Numbered from the stretch's first letter, positions 8,049 to 17,190 are shown. The stretch is DNA of 24,000 nucleotides from Gammaproteobacteria bacterium (GCA_965196985.1 CBDALO010000010.1:17413-41412), one strand, 5' to 3'. Numbers and translations are program-made. The notes: generated by a model not told the origin, from the sequence alone.

Positions 8049-9620
8049 CAGGCCGGCTTCGCCGGCAACTTTCTAAGCCTCTAAGAGTTTAGTCTTTACA
8101 AAGCCACGAGTATTATTAAGTCTCAAACTAGTCAAACCTGCCCATGGAATAATAACGAATAAAAATAACACACCTGCTATAGAAATTGCTTCAGGTAGCT
8201 GAGCAATAACTCACCTACTATACGCGCTTCTCATTTTACTCTAAGAATAATGAAACGCTTTAGTATCAAACAAATCTTGGTAACCAATCAGAACTGGTGG
8301 AACTTTCACACCAAGTACAAAGATAAAATCAGAGAAGCTATTGTCATTGGCATTGTTAAGCTGCTTAGCTGCAAACATCCTATGCGTGGCCATAAAGAGT
8401 ATCATTGCAGTAATCCAAACTGTTCACACGTCAAATACATCCGCCATACCTGCAAAGCTAAAAGCTGTTCATCGTGTGGTAAAAAAGCCACAGAAGTATG
8501 GATACAGCAACAAATGGCAATCTTACCCAACACTACATGGCAACACATCACATTCACCATGCCCTCTACTCTTTGGGACTGCTTTTGGACAAACAGAGAG
8601 CTTCTTAATTTACTCCCACCATTAGCAGCAAAGGTGTTACTCAAGCTTGCTAAAAACAAGAGGGTTAAACCCGGTGTATTTATCGCGCTTCACACCTTTG
8701 GCAGAGATCTAAAGCGCAATGTGCATCTTCATGCGTCAATCACTCTGGGTGGTATCAACAAAGAGTTAACACAATGGAAAAGCCTCTACTTCCATCAACC
8801 TACACTAATGTCCATGTGGCGTTATGAGGTCATTAACCTTTTTAGAAACCACCACCAGGACAAAGGGCTTATTCTGCCAAATCAGTTAGCCTCTACACTG
8901 AACCACACTTGCAACTTTAATCAACTGCTTGATCAGCTTTACCAAAAACGATGGGTAGTACATTGCGCAAAGCCCTCAAAGAATCACAAACAAAACGTTA
9001 AATACTTAGGTCGGTACACCAAACGTCCTCCTATTGCTGAGTCAAAAATTAAAAACTTTGATGGGAGCAGCCTCAGTTTTAATTATCTTGATCACGTCTC
9101 TAAAACCTACAAGCAATTTAAATTAACCGCGGAAGAGTTTATTGCTCGATTTATTCAACACATTCCTGATGTTGGCTTTCGTATGGTGCGTTATTATGGG
9201 TTTCTTGCTAACCGGGTGCGAGGTGAGATGCTACCCAAAGTCAGACTCCTATTAGGTGAAACTGATCCAAACACACCCCAGGTCAATTACCGCACCTTAA
9301 TGCAAAATAATTTTAACATTGACCCCTATGAATGTGTTCTATGCGGTAGCCAAATGTTTTTAGCTAACTGCTGGTATAGACAACCTAACCATTACAAATT
9401 GCTATCAAAGCATCGTGAACTCGCCTTACTGAAAAAAATCTAATAACTTCCTAAGGGGGTAGTCCGTCCAAAACAACAAATAACAGCTAGTTTTGGCTAT
9501 TGTTTGTCATAACTAACCCTGCCCCACCACTAAATCGATTTTATAAAAAATACCTGTGCTAAAATTACTCATTTTAATTGGTGGTATTTTTACCAATTGA
9601 CACATTGAAATTCCTTAATA
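8049..9620 (+). mobile_element. IS91-family (rolling-circle, HUH) insertion sequence inside tnpA
   Basis: Removing it restores the tnpA frame (RYSS|KYFG). TCAAGT is present at both junctions (8043-8048 and 9621-9626), so the boundary is ambiguous by 6 bp. GC hairpin GCCGGC-TTC-GCCGGC at 8052-8066, near the left end. Hairpins at 9476-9507 and 9576-9598, near the right end. Confidence 0.8.
8250..9443 (+). CDS. IS91-family Y2 HUH transposase
   Basis: 397-aa ORF. N-terminal Cys/His zinc-binding region (HCSNPNCSH...CKAKSCSSCG). HUH motif NVHLHASI. Tyrosine motif YLGRYTKRPPIA, then RMVRYYGFLANR. Confidence 0.92.
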   Translation: MKRFSIKQILVTNQNWWNFHTKYKDKIREAIVIGIVKLLSCKHPMRGHKEYHCSNPNCSHVKYIRHTCKAKSCSSCGKKATEVWIQQQMAILPNTTWQHITFTMPSTLWDCFWTNRELLNLLPPLAAKVLLKLAKNKRVKPGVFIALHTFGRDLKRNVHLHASITLGGINKELTQWKSLYFHQPTLMSMWRYEVINLFRNHHQDKGLILPNQLASTLNHTCNFNQLLDQLYQKRWVVHCAKPSKNHKQNVKYLGRYTKRPPIAESKIKNFDGSSLSFNYLDHVSKTYKQFKLTAEEFIARFIQHIPDVGFRMVRYYGFLANRVRGEMLPKVRLLLGETDPNTPQVNYRTLMQNNFNIDPYECVLCGSQMFLANCWYRQPNHYKLLSKHRELALLKKI

Positions 9621-10541
9621 TCAAGTAAATATTTTGGTACCGATGTTGGTGTTGTATTAATGACAATGGGTGTTGGTCATATCCCTATGGCAACTAGGAT
9701 TATTGGTGCGAATGAACATGAAAGCCATTACACCTTTCCCATGCTCGTTCAAAATAACCATATTATTGACCCTGATATTATCTCAACTGATACAGAAGGC
9801 GCTAATAACGTAAATGATTTACTCTACTATTTACTCGGTAAAACTCATGCACCTTATTATCGTACCCTAGCAACGCAAGCTGATAAAATTTATGGTTTTA
9901 AATCAGAGTCACATTACAAAGACTATTTAATTAAACCTGAAAGAAAAGTTAATGAGGCATTAATAAAAAGGAAATGGCCTGAAATTTTACCAATACTTTA
10001 TAGCTTACTTGCGCATGAGAGCAAGCAAGAAAATATTATCTGTCAACTCAGCTCTCATGACTATAAGAGTGAAACTAAAGAGGCTATCTGGGAAATCAAT
10101 CGCCTAGTTAAGAGCATTCATATTCTCAAGTTTGTTGATGAAATAAGTTACCAACAGGCAATTCGAAAATCGCTCAACCGAGGTGAAGCTTATCACCAAC
10201 TACTTAACAAGATTGCCGAAGTAGGCAACAATGATTTACGGGGTCAAAGTGATCTGGAGGTGGAGATCTGGAATGAGTGTATGCGGTTTATTGCACTCTT
10301 AATTATCTATTATAATATGAGCTTATTATCAAAGTTATTTGAAACCTACCAAGCAAAGGGTAATCAGGAAGCTGTTGACTACATTGCTTCGGTTTCTCCT
10401 GTTGCTTGTCAACATATCAACATTAGTGGGCTGTATGAATTTAGTGAGGAACCGGCTTCGCTTGATATTGAACAGGTTGTTACAGTAATGGAGAAGATCC
10501 TAGAGGACACGCTGCAAAAAGAGAAAAAGAAAAATAACTGA
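9621..10541 (+). pseudogene. tnpA: Tn3-family transposase, C-terminal segment
   Basis: The frame is open from 9609; the ATG at 9660 is not a real start. Motifs: SSKYFGTDVG, IIGANEHES, STDTEGANNVN (second DDE Asp) and LNRGEAYHQL (DDE Glu). The stop lies about 30 bp before the terminal IR. Confidence 0.88.
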
Positions 10542-10573
10542 GATTTATCTAACCTACTGATTATAAAGGATAA

Positions 10574-10605
10574 AAACTGACGACATTTATGGGGGATATC
10601 AATAG
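10574..10605. repeat. Tn3-family terminal inverted repeat (inner 32 bp; outer 6 bp at 12064-12069), split by the IS4-family insertion
   Basis: After removing the IS4 element and one TSD copy, the minus strand reads GGGGTTCTATTGATATCCCCCATAAATGTCGTCAGTTT. It begins with the GGGG typical of Tn3-family IRs and lies just past the tnpA stop. The 38-bp length is assumed, because no partner IR is in the window. Confidence 0.55.
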
Positions 10606-12055
10606 ACAATGGCATTCGGTTAAGCATATTTGGCAGATCCTCCACTAATATTTAACCATTTTGTAACCGGCTTTCTAGATTGCCGTGGTGAATGCCTACC
10701 CCTTCTTATTTTTTGACGTACGCGAGCAATGCTGCCAAGCATGAGCGGGATACAAAGAAAACCAGAATCATTTTCTGGCAACAATAATTTTTCTAAACTT
10801 CGACCGATTACCAGTAATGTGTTTTTGAAATTAGTTTTAATATTTTTTATTTCCCCAACAAAATCTTGCCAATAGCCATCTTGCTTTTCAGGTTTATTCT
10901 TTCCCTTCGGTGAGGGTGGTGGAAGCTGATTATTAGCCTCAGACTCAAAAATTCGTGCGAAGTTTATGATTAGCGCATGCGCATAGCATTCTTGCTTTAC
11001 ACCAAGCTCTGACTTACTGTGAAATTCTTCAATATCAATAAACACCTTGGATATTTTATAAAGCTCCTCAATTCCCCAGCGACCATGATATACACTAGGA
11101 AATTCATCCAGCGGGTATTTTTTTTGGTCCAACAACGTGGTGCTACAAACATAAGTTTCATCACCAATAGTATATTTAATTAATCGCAACCTCACCGGTT
11201 TTATATCGAGTTCATAACCCTGCTTTCGACTTTCGTACTTTACAGCTACTGACGGCTTATAAGTAATGATTTCATCTTGACTATCACTTTCCCAAAAACG
11301 TTTTACGGCTGTATTTACAGTGCCACTCTGCATTCTACAAATAAGGTGGATGCCTTTTTCCATCGCTTTTACTAAAATCAAATAGCTGAAATACCCTCGG
11401 TCAAGAACCAAGACATCACCAGGTTGCATCGTCTCCATGTGCGCCAATAAAATATGCCGTTCGCTTCGTTCTGCATTGAGAGTAATATCATAAATATAGC
11501 CACTACCTAAATGATATAATGCGCTCATAATTCCTTGTGGGTAGTATTGGCCTTTATTAGGTGCCATGTAACCAGCGGCGAGTAATTCATGAGGTAGATT
11601 TATTTTGGAGCCATCAACGCCAAAAACACGATGTCCTTGCCATAAAGGTAATGGCTCCTGCTTTTCTCGCGCCAATAAAACAGCACGATTGAGGTCGGTA
11701 AATATCACTTCCGGCATCTTTTGGCGAGCCTCACATATGGATGAAGCAGCGAACGGCTTTTCCTGAATACAGGCCAATTCTGATGACTCCCAAAGCTCGT
11801 TTAATAAAATTTGATAACCCTGATTATTTTTACTCAGTACTAGTTTTAAAATGAAAACAACTAGAATTTCAGTCGTTATTGCTCGTTTTCTTTGCTGCCA
11901 GGTTTCATCAAATTTTGCACAACAGTCTGCTAATATTGCGTGCAACTGGATCCAAAAGTCCTGCATACCTGCTCCGCTCCTTCGGTTAAATTCACCGCTA
12001 GTTATTCAAGGGAGCAAGAGAATAGCATAAAATCACGTTAACCGAATGCCATTGT
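10606..12055 (-). mobile_element. IS4-family insertion sequence (1450 bp) with an 8-bp TSD
   Basis: Perfect 18-bp terminal IRs: ACAATGGCATTCGGTTAA (10606-10623) and TTAACCGAATGCCATTGT (12038-12055). Direct repeats ATCAATAG at 10598-10605 and 12056-12063. Confidence 0.9.
10620..11966 (-). CDS. IS4-family DDE transposase
   Basis: 448-aa ORF with DDE motifs VFGVDGSKI, VLVLDRGYFSY and YHGRWGIEELYKISK (YREK-type signature). The stop codon overlaps the IR. Confidence 0.9.
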   Translation of the reverse strand: MQDFWIQLHAILADCCAKFDETWQQRKRAITTEILVVFILKLVLSKNNQGYQILLNELWESSELACIQEKPFAASSICEARQKMPEVIFTDLNRAVLLAREKQEPLPLWQGHRVFGVDGSKINLPHELLAAGYMAPNKGQYYPQGIMSALYHLGSGYIYDITLNAERSERHILLAHMETMQPGDVLVLDRGYFSYLILVKAMEKGIHLICRMQSGTVNTAVKRFWESDSQDEIITYKPSVAVKYESRKQGYELDIKPVRLRLIKYTIGDETYVCSTTLLDQKKYPLDEFPSVYHGRWGIEELYKISKVFIDIEEFHSKSELGVKQECYAHALIINFARIFESEANNQLPPPSPKGKNKPEKQDGYWQDFVGEIKNIKTNFKNTLLVIGRSLEKLLLPENDSGFLCIPLMLGSIARVRQKIRRGRHSPRQSRKPVTKWLNISGGSAKYA

Positions 12056-12069
12056 ATCAATAGAACCCC

Positions 12070-12224
12070 AAGTAACGACCACGTCCATCCATGCTAATAC
12101 TTACTCCTGCGTCTATGAGAGTATTAAGCCATGCTGATGAGGTAAACTGCGAGCCTTGATCAGTATTAAAAATATCACAGCAACCTTTAGCCAATGCTGA
12201 CTGGAGCACCTCAACGCAAAAATC
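12070..12224 (-). pseudogene. IS3-family OrfB (DDE transposase), distal fragment
   Basis: Encodes ...FCVEVLQSALAKGCCDIFNTDQGSQFTSSAWLNTLIDAGVSISMDGRGRY, which holds the second DDE Asp region. The DDE Glu region is missing. The rest of ORF 12057-12326 is chimeric with IS66-like and Tn3 IR sequence. Confidence 0.82.
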
Positions 12225-14171
12225 GTATCCGTTCAATATCAGCATGATTTGAAAATAATTCAAAAAGTTCTTGACAGCTTTTTCGTGCAAATTTGGAAAT
12301 TTTATATTGGAATCATCGTGTGTCATAAAAGCATGATGTGCGCTCTATAACAACGCTGTATGCTCGGATTATTTTTTCATCGATCAGGTTCATGGCTTAA
12401 AAATAATTTCAGCAGTACGGCCATCTGTGTGGGGAAAATTTACCTTTTCAAACCCGTGGTATACTCTTCCTATGAAAAAACAACCTGACAAATCAGTTTT
12501 AGCCGATCTCATTGAGAGATTTAATAATACTGTTACACCAACAGCACTAGAAACAGATTTTAGCAATGTATGTGAAAGTCAGGCTGAGAAAATCATAAAG
12601 CTAGAAGACAAGGTGCAATCGTTAAATAACGCATTAAATAAATATAAAGGTGAGCAAGGAAAGCCTAATGTTAGAAAGCAAACGCGCGCTAACAAGGACA
12701 AGGATCATTCCTCCGAGAAGGATAGAAAAGGAAATAAAACCAATAAAACTAGAAAGCCAAAATCTAGTAAAAAAAATCTCGAAGTCTCTAATACAGTGAC
12801 ACTAACAATTAATCCAGATTCGTTGCCCAGCGATGCTGTGCAAAATGGCTCTAAGAAAACACTTATCCAGGATATAAAAATTGCTGCTAATAACACTCTT
12901 TTTTTGCGCCAACAATATTACTCCCCTTCTGAAAACAAACACTATACAGCACCTCTGCCAACTGGTTATGAGGGCCAGTTCGGCCCTACTATTAAAAGCT
13001 GGACAAGCTTCCTAAATACTCAAGGTGGTATGACGCTAGAAAGCCTTGAGACATTTTATAAAACCGCCAACATAGATATTAGTAAATCAACCATCCATAG
13101 CTTCACAATTAAAACACCTACGATACTTGAGCCCGAGAAGGTAGAAGTTGTGAAGGCAGGTTTACAATCCACGAACTACCAGCACCTAGATGACACCAAC
13201 GCTAGAGAGGATGGGAAAAACCGTTATGTTAATGTATTGGGTAATGAGTATTATTCAGCTTACTTTACGCTGACCAGTAAAAGTCGATTAAGCGTCATTG
13301 AAATGTTAAGCAAAGACCACTTTGGGTTCACATTAAATGAGGCCGCTTTTAATTTACTGGCTACTATGAACTTACCCCACAAGGTAATCGAAAGCTTAAA
13401 GGTATTTCACTCATCGACTATCTTAAACAGTAAGGAGCTGGAAGTTATTCTTGATAAGGTATTAGGTGATAAAAAATTTCCAAAATATAGAAAGCTGATT
13501 ACTGATGCGGCAGCTATCTCAACATATAGAAAGAGTCCTTATGCGATAGAAACACTCATTACCGATGATGCGCCACAGTTTAAGCTCATTACTGAATCAC
13601 TCGCCTTGTGCTGGGTTCATGAGGGTAGGCATTATAAAAAGCTGACGCCAATTTTTAAGAAGCACCAAGACTCTGTTGACAGCTTCTTGGATAGGTTTTG
13701 GGATTATTATCATAAGCTCATTGAATATAAAAAGAACCCAGGGCAAGATGAGATAGATAAGCTATCCAATGAGTTTACTGAGTTATTCTCAACAATCACT
13801 GGCTACGAGAAACTAGATAAACAAATTGAGCTCACCTTAAAAAAGAAAAGGCAGCTATTGTTAGTGCTGGAAAAGCCAGAGCTTCCTCTACATAACAATC
13901 CAGCAGAGTTGATGGCTCGGAAGCAGGCTAGAATGCGCGATGTACACCTTCATACTATGAGTGAAGAAGGAACGAAAGCTAAGGATACAATGGTTACAAT
14001 TACTGAGACATGTAAAAAGCTAGCAGTTAATGTCTTCGATTATATATATGACAGAATTACAAAAAACTATTCTATGCCTTCGCTAGCGGAATTAATTACC
14101 ATCCGCTCATCACAGGCGCAGTAAACTAAAGAGAGCGCAGCATGAGCATCATGCTGAAATAAGACGGATAC
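12225..14171 (+). mobile_element. IS66-like single-ORF insertion sequence (1947 bp) with an 8-bp TSD
   Basis: Imperfect IRs: GTATCCGTTCAATATCAGCATGAT (12225-) versus the reverse complement of the right end, GTATCCGTCTTATTTCAGCATGAT (-14171), about 20/24. Direct repeats CAAAAATC at 12217-12224 and 14172-14179. Removal restores IS3 orfB (...EADF|CVEVLQ...). Confidence 0.78.
12427..14124 (+). CDS. DDE transposase, IS66-family-like
   Basis: 565-aa ORF; the likely start is the ATG at 12472 (MKKQPDKS). N-terminal coiled coil followed by a Lys-rich tract. DDE-like motifs in IS66 order: LDDTNAR, ITDDAPQF, CWVHEGRHY and LHNNPAELMAR. The family call is from motif order only. Confidence 0.65.
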   Translation: MWGKFTFSNPWYTLPMKKQPDKSVLADLIERFNNTVTPTALETDFSNVCESQAEKIIKLEDKVQSLNNALNKYKGEQGKPNVRKQTRANKDKDHSSEKDRKGNKTNKTRKPKSSKKNLEVSNTVTLTINPDSLPSDAVQNGSKKTLIQDIKIAANNTLFLRQQYYSPSENKHYTAPLPTGYEGQFGPTIKSWTSFLNTQGGMTLESLETFYKTANIDISKSTIHSFTIKTPTILEPEKVEVVKAGLQSTNYQHLDDTNAREDGKNRYVNVLGNEYYSAYFTLTSKSRLSVIEMLSKDHFGFTLNEAAFNLLATMNLPHKVIESLKVFHSSTILNSKELEVILDKVLGDKKFPKYRKLITDAAAISTYRKSPYAIETLITDDAPQFKLITESLALCWVHEGRHYKKLTPIFKKHQDSVDSFLDRFWDYYHKLIEYKKNPGQDEIDKLSNEFTELFSTITGYEKLDKQIELTLKKKRQLLLVLEKPELPLHNNPAELMARKQARMRDVHLHTMSEEGTKAKDTMVTITETCKKLAVNVFDYIYDRITKNYSMPSLAELITIRSSQAQ

Positions 14172-14680
14172 CAAAAATCTGCCTCCAGTGTAATGCTCAG
14201 CCCCCACTCAATGACATAGCGGCTATACCAATCAATGATAGCAACCAGGTAGACATGCCCACCCTGTAACGGAATATACGTGATATCACTACTCCATACC
14301 TGATTAGGCTTTATGGTCTCATAATCCCTTAATAAGTAGGGGTAAACAGCATGTTCCTTATTTGGAGCGCTTGTATTTTGCTTTGGGTAAATTGTTGCTA
14401 TACCCATTTCATTCATCAAGGAACGAACCCTCTTAACACCAACATTATAACCAACTTGTTCGCTTAACCAGCGCCCTCTTTTAATCTTGCCCTCAAAAGG
14501 ATAGTCTGTGTAGTGTTTATCAAGCAACTTCATTAACCGCTCCTTTTCATCATTAATTGGTTTTGGTTTATAGTAAATTGTGGAGCGACTGACCTCAAGC
14601 AGATCGCACTTTTGCTTAACCGTCAAATCAGAATTATCATCCTGAATCAATTGGCGTTTTTCATCCATTGTCAAACCCAC
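14172..14680 (-). pseudogene. IS3-family OrfB, proximal fragment
   Basis: Encodes ...QVWSSDITYIPLQGGHVYLVAIIDWYSRYVIEWGLSITLEADF (first DDE Asp region). The ORF-track tail beyond 14172 is IS66-like end sequence. Confidence 0.85.
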
Positions 14681-14955
14681 ATTTTTTTTTTAAGCCAGTT
14701 TAACTCTGTCTGCAAACGGCCTATTTGCTCATAAAGACCTGAGACAAGCTTCTCCTGATCAGCTAACTCAGCCTCCTTCTTTTTACGAAAACAACTCTTA
14801 ACAGCCTCAACAGCTTGTGTCTTCCAATTACGTATTTGTGTTGTATGAACTTCATATTTACTAGTCAACTGAGCCATTGTAAATTCTTCTTTAATAGCAG
14901 CCATAGACACCTTGGCTTTAAAGTCTGCACTATAACTACTTTTCTTTTTTGTCAT
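14671..14955 (-). CDS. IS3-family OrfA (HTH DNA-binding protein)
   Basis: 94-aa ORF with a typical IS3 OrfA layout: an N-terminal HTH (FTMAQLTSKYEVHTTQIRNWK) and a C-terminal leucine-zipper-like segment ending at the slippery run. Confidence 0.88.
   Translation of the reverse strand: MTKKKSSYSADFKAKVSMAAIKEEFTMAQLTSKYEVHTTQIRNWKTQAVEAVKSCFRKKKEAELADQEKLVSGLYEQIGRLQTELNWLKKKMWV
14682..14691 (-). promoter_or_regulatory. programmed -1 ribosomal frameshift site (A10 run) joining IS3 orfA and orfB
   Basis: The minus strand reads CTT AAA AAA AAA ATG TGG. A -1 slip on A AAA AAA gives ...LKKK-NVGLTMDEKRQ..., continuous with OrfB. This is the classical IS3 arrangement. Confidence 0.7.
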
Positions 14956-15743
14956 TTCATACCCTCCCAGGTGGTTAGAGGGTATCTATTTTATACTGAT
15001 TTAGTGTCCAGTTTAGGGCGCCTATATTAGTTTATCAATATTCCCTTTCCTTGGTGCAGCAGGTTTTTTTAAAACAATTAATACTGTTAGCTTATCAAAG
15101 AGCAGTGGTGTGACAGGCATGGGCAATTTCTAGCGGGTGAAACTCCCGCCATGGCCGTGAGAGTTAGGAACGTGTAGACGATGGCAAGGGTGCCGGAAGA
15201 AACTTTGGTAAAGCATTAGCCAAAGCCAATGAAGGATCTGAAGGAAGCCTAAGTCAAAATTACGACTTAAGTGCGCAGCGAACCTTGGGTAGGCTGCTGT
15301 AAGGGGTAAGGTATCCACGACTACCGAAGCCCTAATACTCTCCGTAACTTACAGTAGTATACAAGGTAGGTCGTAACATAAGTAAGAAATTGCCCTTACC
15401 CTGTGAAGGGCCGTAGGTATGGGTCGGTGAAACTGCGTCACCTTAAGCCCTACGCGAAGCAGTAATGCCAAGCTAATGTACCTAGGGTCTGCAGATGAAG
15501 TCGTAGTAGTCGTTAAAACTCGATGCCGATGACTTGGCTGGTGACAGTCAAAGAGGATAAAACTTAGAGTAAGCAGCAAGGATGCTGAGGCGAAGGACGG
15601 AACAAGGTAGAGTTGGCGAGTTGATCATTTGCATCCATGGAGATTAGATCAGCTAGTCATAGAGCTTTTAATGAAAGGCCACAACGTAAACGTGGCGAAG
15701 TACTTTTAAGTCTGATTAACATTAACATGCAAGAGAAAGAGAA

Positions 15744-17054
15744 ATGACACAGCAGCCATTATCTATCGACACTGAAAATCTCTTTGAACTTGTTTGCCAC
15801 GAACAGACGCTAGCTAAAGCCTTCGATCTCGTTAAAAAGAACCAAGGTTCTCATGGCGTAGACGGGGTTAGCCTAGCAGATTTTGAGACAAACAAAACAG
15901 AAGAGTTAGCGACACTAACCAAGGAACTGGTAAACTGGCGCTACAAACCACAACCTGTTAGAAGGGTTGAAATCCCCAAAACAGGAAACTCAGGTGTAAG
16001 ACTACTTGGCGTAGCTTTTATCAGAGATCGTGTAGTACAAACGGCAATAAAGCTTGTACTGGAGCCTCTGATTGATCCGTCCTTCTCTAATAGCAGTTTC
16101 GGTTTTCGGCCTGGTCGAAACCAGAAGCAAGCCATTGAATCGGCAAGGCAATTAGTTGAGGATGGAAAAGAGTTTGTAGTGGATATTGATCTGTCGAATT
16201 TCTTTGACAGAATTAATCACGACAAGATCATTGCTAAACTAAAAAGGTTTGTTGATGATAAGCGTATTCTACGCCTCATTGGCATGACACTTCGAAGCGG
16301 TGTAATGACCTACGAGTGCTATGAACCCACAACATCAGGCGCAACGCAAGGTAGTCCGCTAAGCCCATTGTTGAGTAACCTCATCCTAGATGGTCTCGAC
16401 AAGAAGCTTGAACAGCGTGGCCTAGAGTTTGTCCGCTATGCAGATGATTGCAACATCTTTGTGAAGTCGCGTAAAGCGGCTAATCGCGTGATGGAATCAA
16501 TCTCTCAGTATATTGAGAAGAAAATGAAACTGGTCGTCAATGAGGAGAAAAGCAAGGTAGCACTATCTCGTCAGGTAAAGTTCTTGGGCGTTACGATAGT
16601 TAAGGGAACTGTTGCTATATCAAAAGCAGCTATTAGTAATGCCAAAACAAAAGTTAAAGAACTTATACCTAGAGGAACCCACAAAACCCTTGAGGATTCA
16701 GCAAAAGACTTTAATAGGTGGTATAAAGGTTGGAGTAATTACTTTGAAGTAACTTACTATCCAGCTCAGTTTGCTACTATAGAGGCTTACGCTCGAAGAC
16801 GTTTTAGGGCACGCATTGTCTCTCAATCAAAACGGAGAAGATTTCTATTTAAGAAATTAAAGAAACGCGGTATTAAAGCAAAGACTGCTGCTAAGGTCGC
16901 CTTTTCTAATAAGAAAAGGTGGGCACTATCACGAAGTAAAGCGGTTGAGCTAGCCTTCCCCAACAAGTACTTCCAAGAGGTTGGCTTGCTCATTAAATCT
17001 CAGGAACAGCACCAGCACTGGTTTGAAATGAGTCGATGGATACATCTAACTTGA
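15744..17054 (+). CDS. group II intron reverse transcriptase/maturase
   Basis: 436 aa. Differs from the copy at 6615-7925 at two residues (M146V, L272V). Same RT and maturase motifs, including YADD. Confidence 0.95.
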   Translation: MTQQPLSIDTENLFELVCHEQTLAKAFDLVKKNQGSHGVDGVSLADFETNKTEELATLTKELVNWRYKPQPVRRVEIPKTGNSGVRLLGVAFIRDRVVQTAIKLVLEPLIDPSFSNSSFGFRPGRNQKQAIESARQLVEDGKEFVVDIDLSNFFDRINHDKIIAKLKRFVDDKRILRLIGMTLRSGVMTYECYEPTTSGATQGSPLSPLLSNLILDGLDKKLEQRGLEFVRYADDCNIFVKSRKAANRVMESISQYIEKKMKLVVNEEKSKVALSRQVKFLGVTIVKGTVAISKAAISNAKTKVKELIPRGTHKTLEDSAKDFNRWYKGWSNYFEVTYYPAQFATIEAYARRRFRARIVSQSKRRRFLFKKLKKRGIKAKTAAKVAFSNKKRWALSRSKAVELAFPNKYFQEVGLLIKSQEQHQHWFEMSRWIHLT

Positions 17055-17055
17055 G

Positions 17056-17123
17056 GAGCCGTGTACGGTCCCGTACGCACGGTTCTGTGGGCAGTCGGGA
17101 GCTTTAGCTCCCACTGACCCGAT
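17056..17123 (+). ncRNA. group II intron domain V and domain VI (copy C)
   Basis: By eye, the same sequence as 7927-7994. Confidence 0.85.
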
Positions 17124-17190
17124 ATGAACTACCAGATTTACAAAGATCAACTCCCAGTTTAGGTGGAGTAAGCTCAGAGGTAGATTAAAA

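Larger units (their letters stand above)
12070..15037 (-). mobile_element. IS3-family element remnant (3' end lost at the Tn3 IR junction; split by the IS66-like element)
   Basis: orfA and orfB have an A10 slippery overlap. orfB is split at 12224/14172 and ends abruptly at 12070, where the Tn3 IR (..AACCCC, 12069) abuts. The 5' terminus is only approximate: a candidate TGATAAAC... start on the minus strand at 15037, with a subterminal AAACTGGACAC motif. Confidence 0.72.
15108..17123 (+). mobile_element. complete group II intron, copy C (2016 bp)
   Basis: Near-identical to copy B. It has one extra nt in a domain I hairpin loop (GTGAAACTCCCGCC versus GTGAAATCCCGCC) and two amino-acid differences in the RT. 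Same GTGTG start and ...CCCGAT end. Both flanks are non-coding. Confidence 0.93.

Noticed and set aside
8341-8659. Overlapping ORFs 8341-8625 (+) and 8402-8659 (-) inside the IS91 transposase gene.
   Set aside because: They are alternative-frame or antisense ORFs within a well-supported CDS.
12272-12310. TTGACA followed by TATATT inside the IS66-like left end as an outward or transposase promoter.
   Set aside because: The spacing of about 26 nt is too long for a sigma-70 promoter, and there is no alternative -10 element at 16-18 nt.
15041-15070. A weak hairpin plus T7 run (CCTTTCCTTGGTGCAGCAGGTTTTTTT) upstream of intron copy C could indicate terminator-targeted (class C-like) insertion.
   Set aside because: The stem is only 3-4 bp and the insertion site is about 38 nt downstream. 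Copy B lies inside a coding sequence with no terminator.
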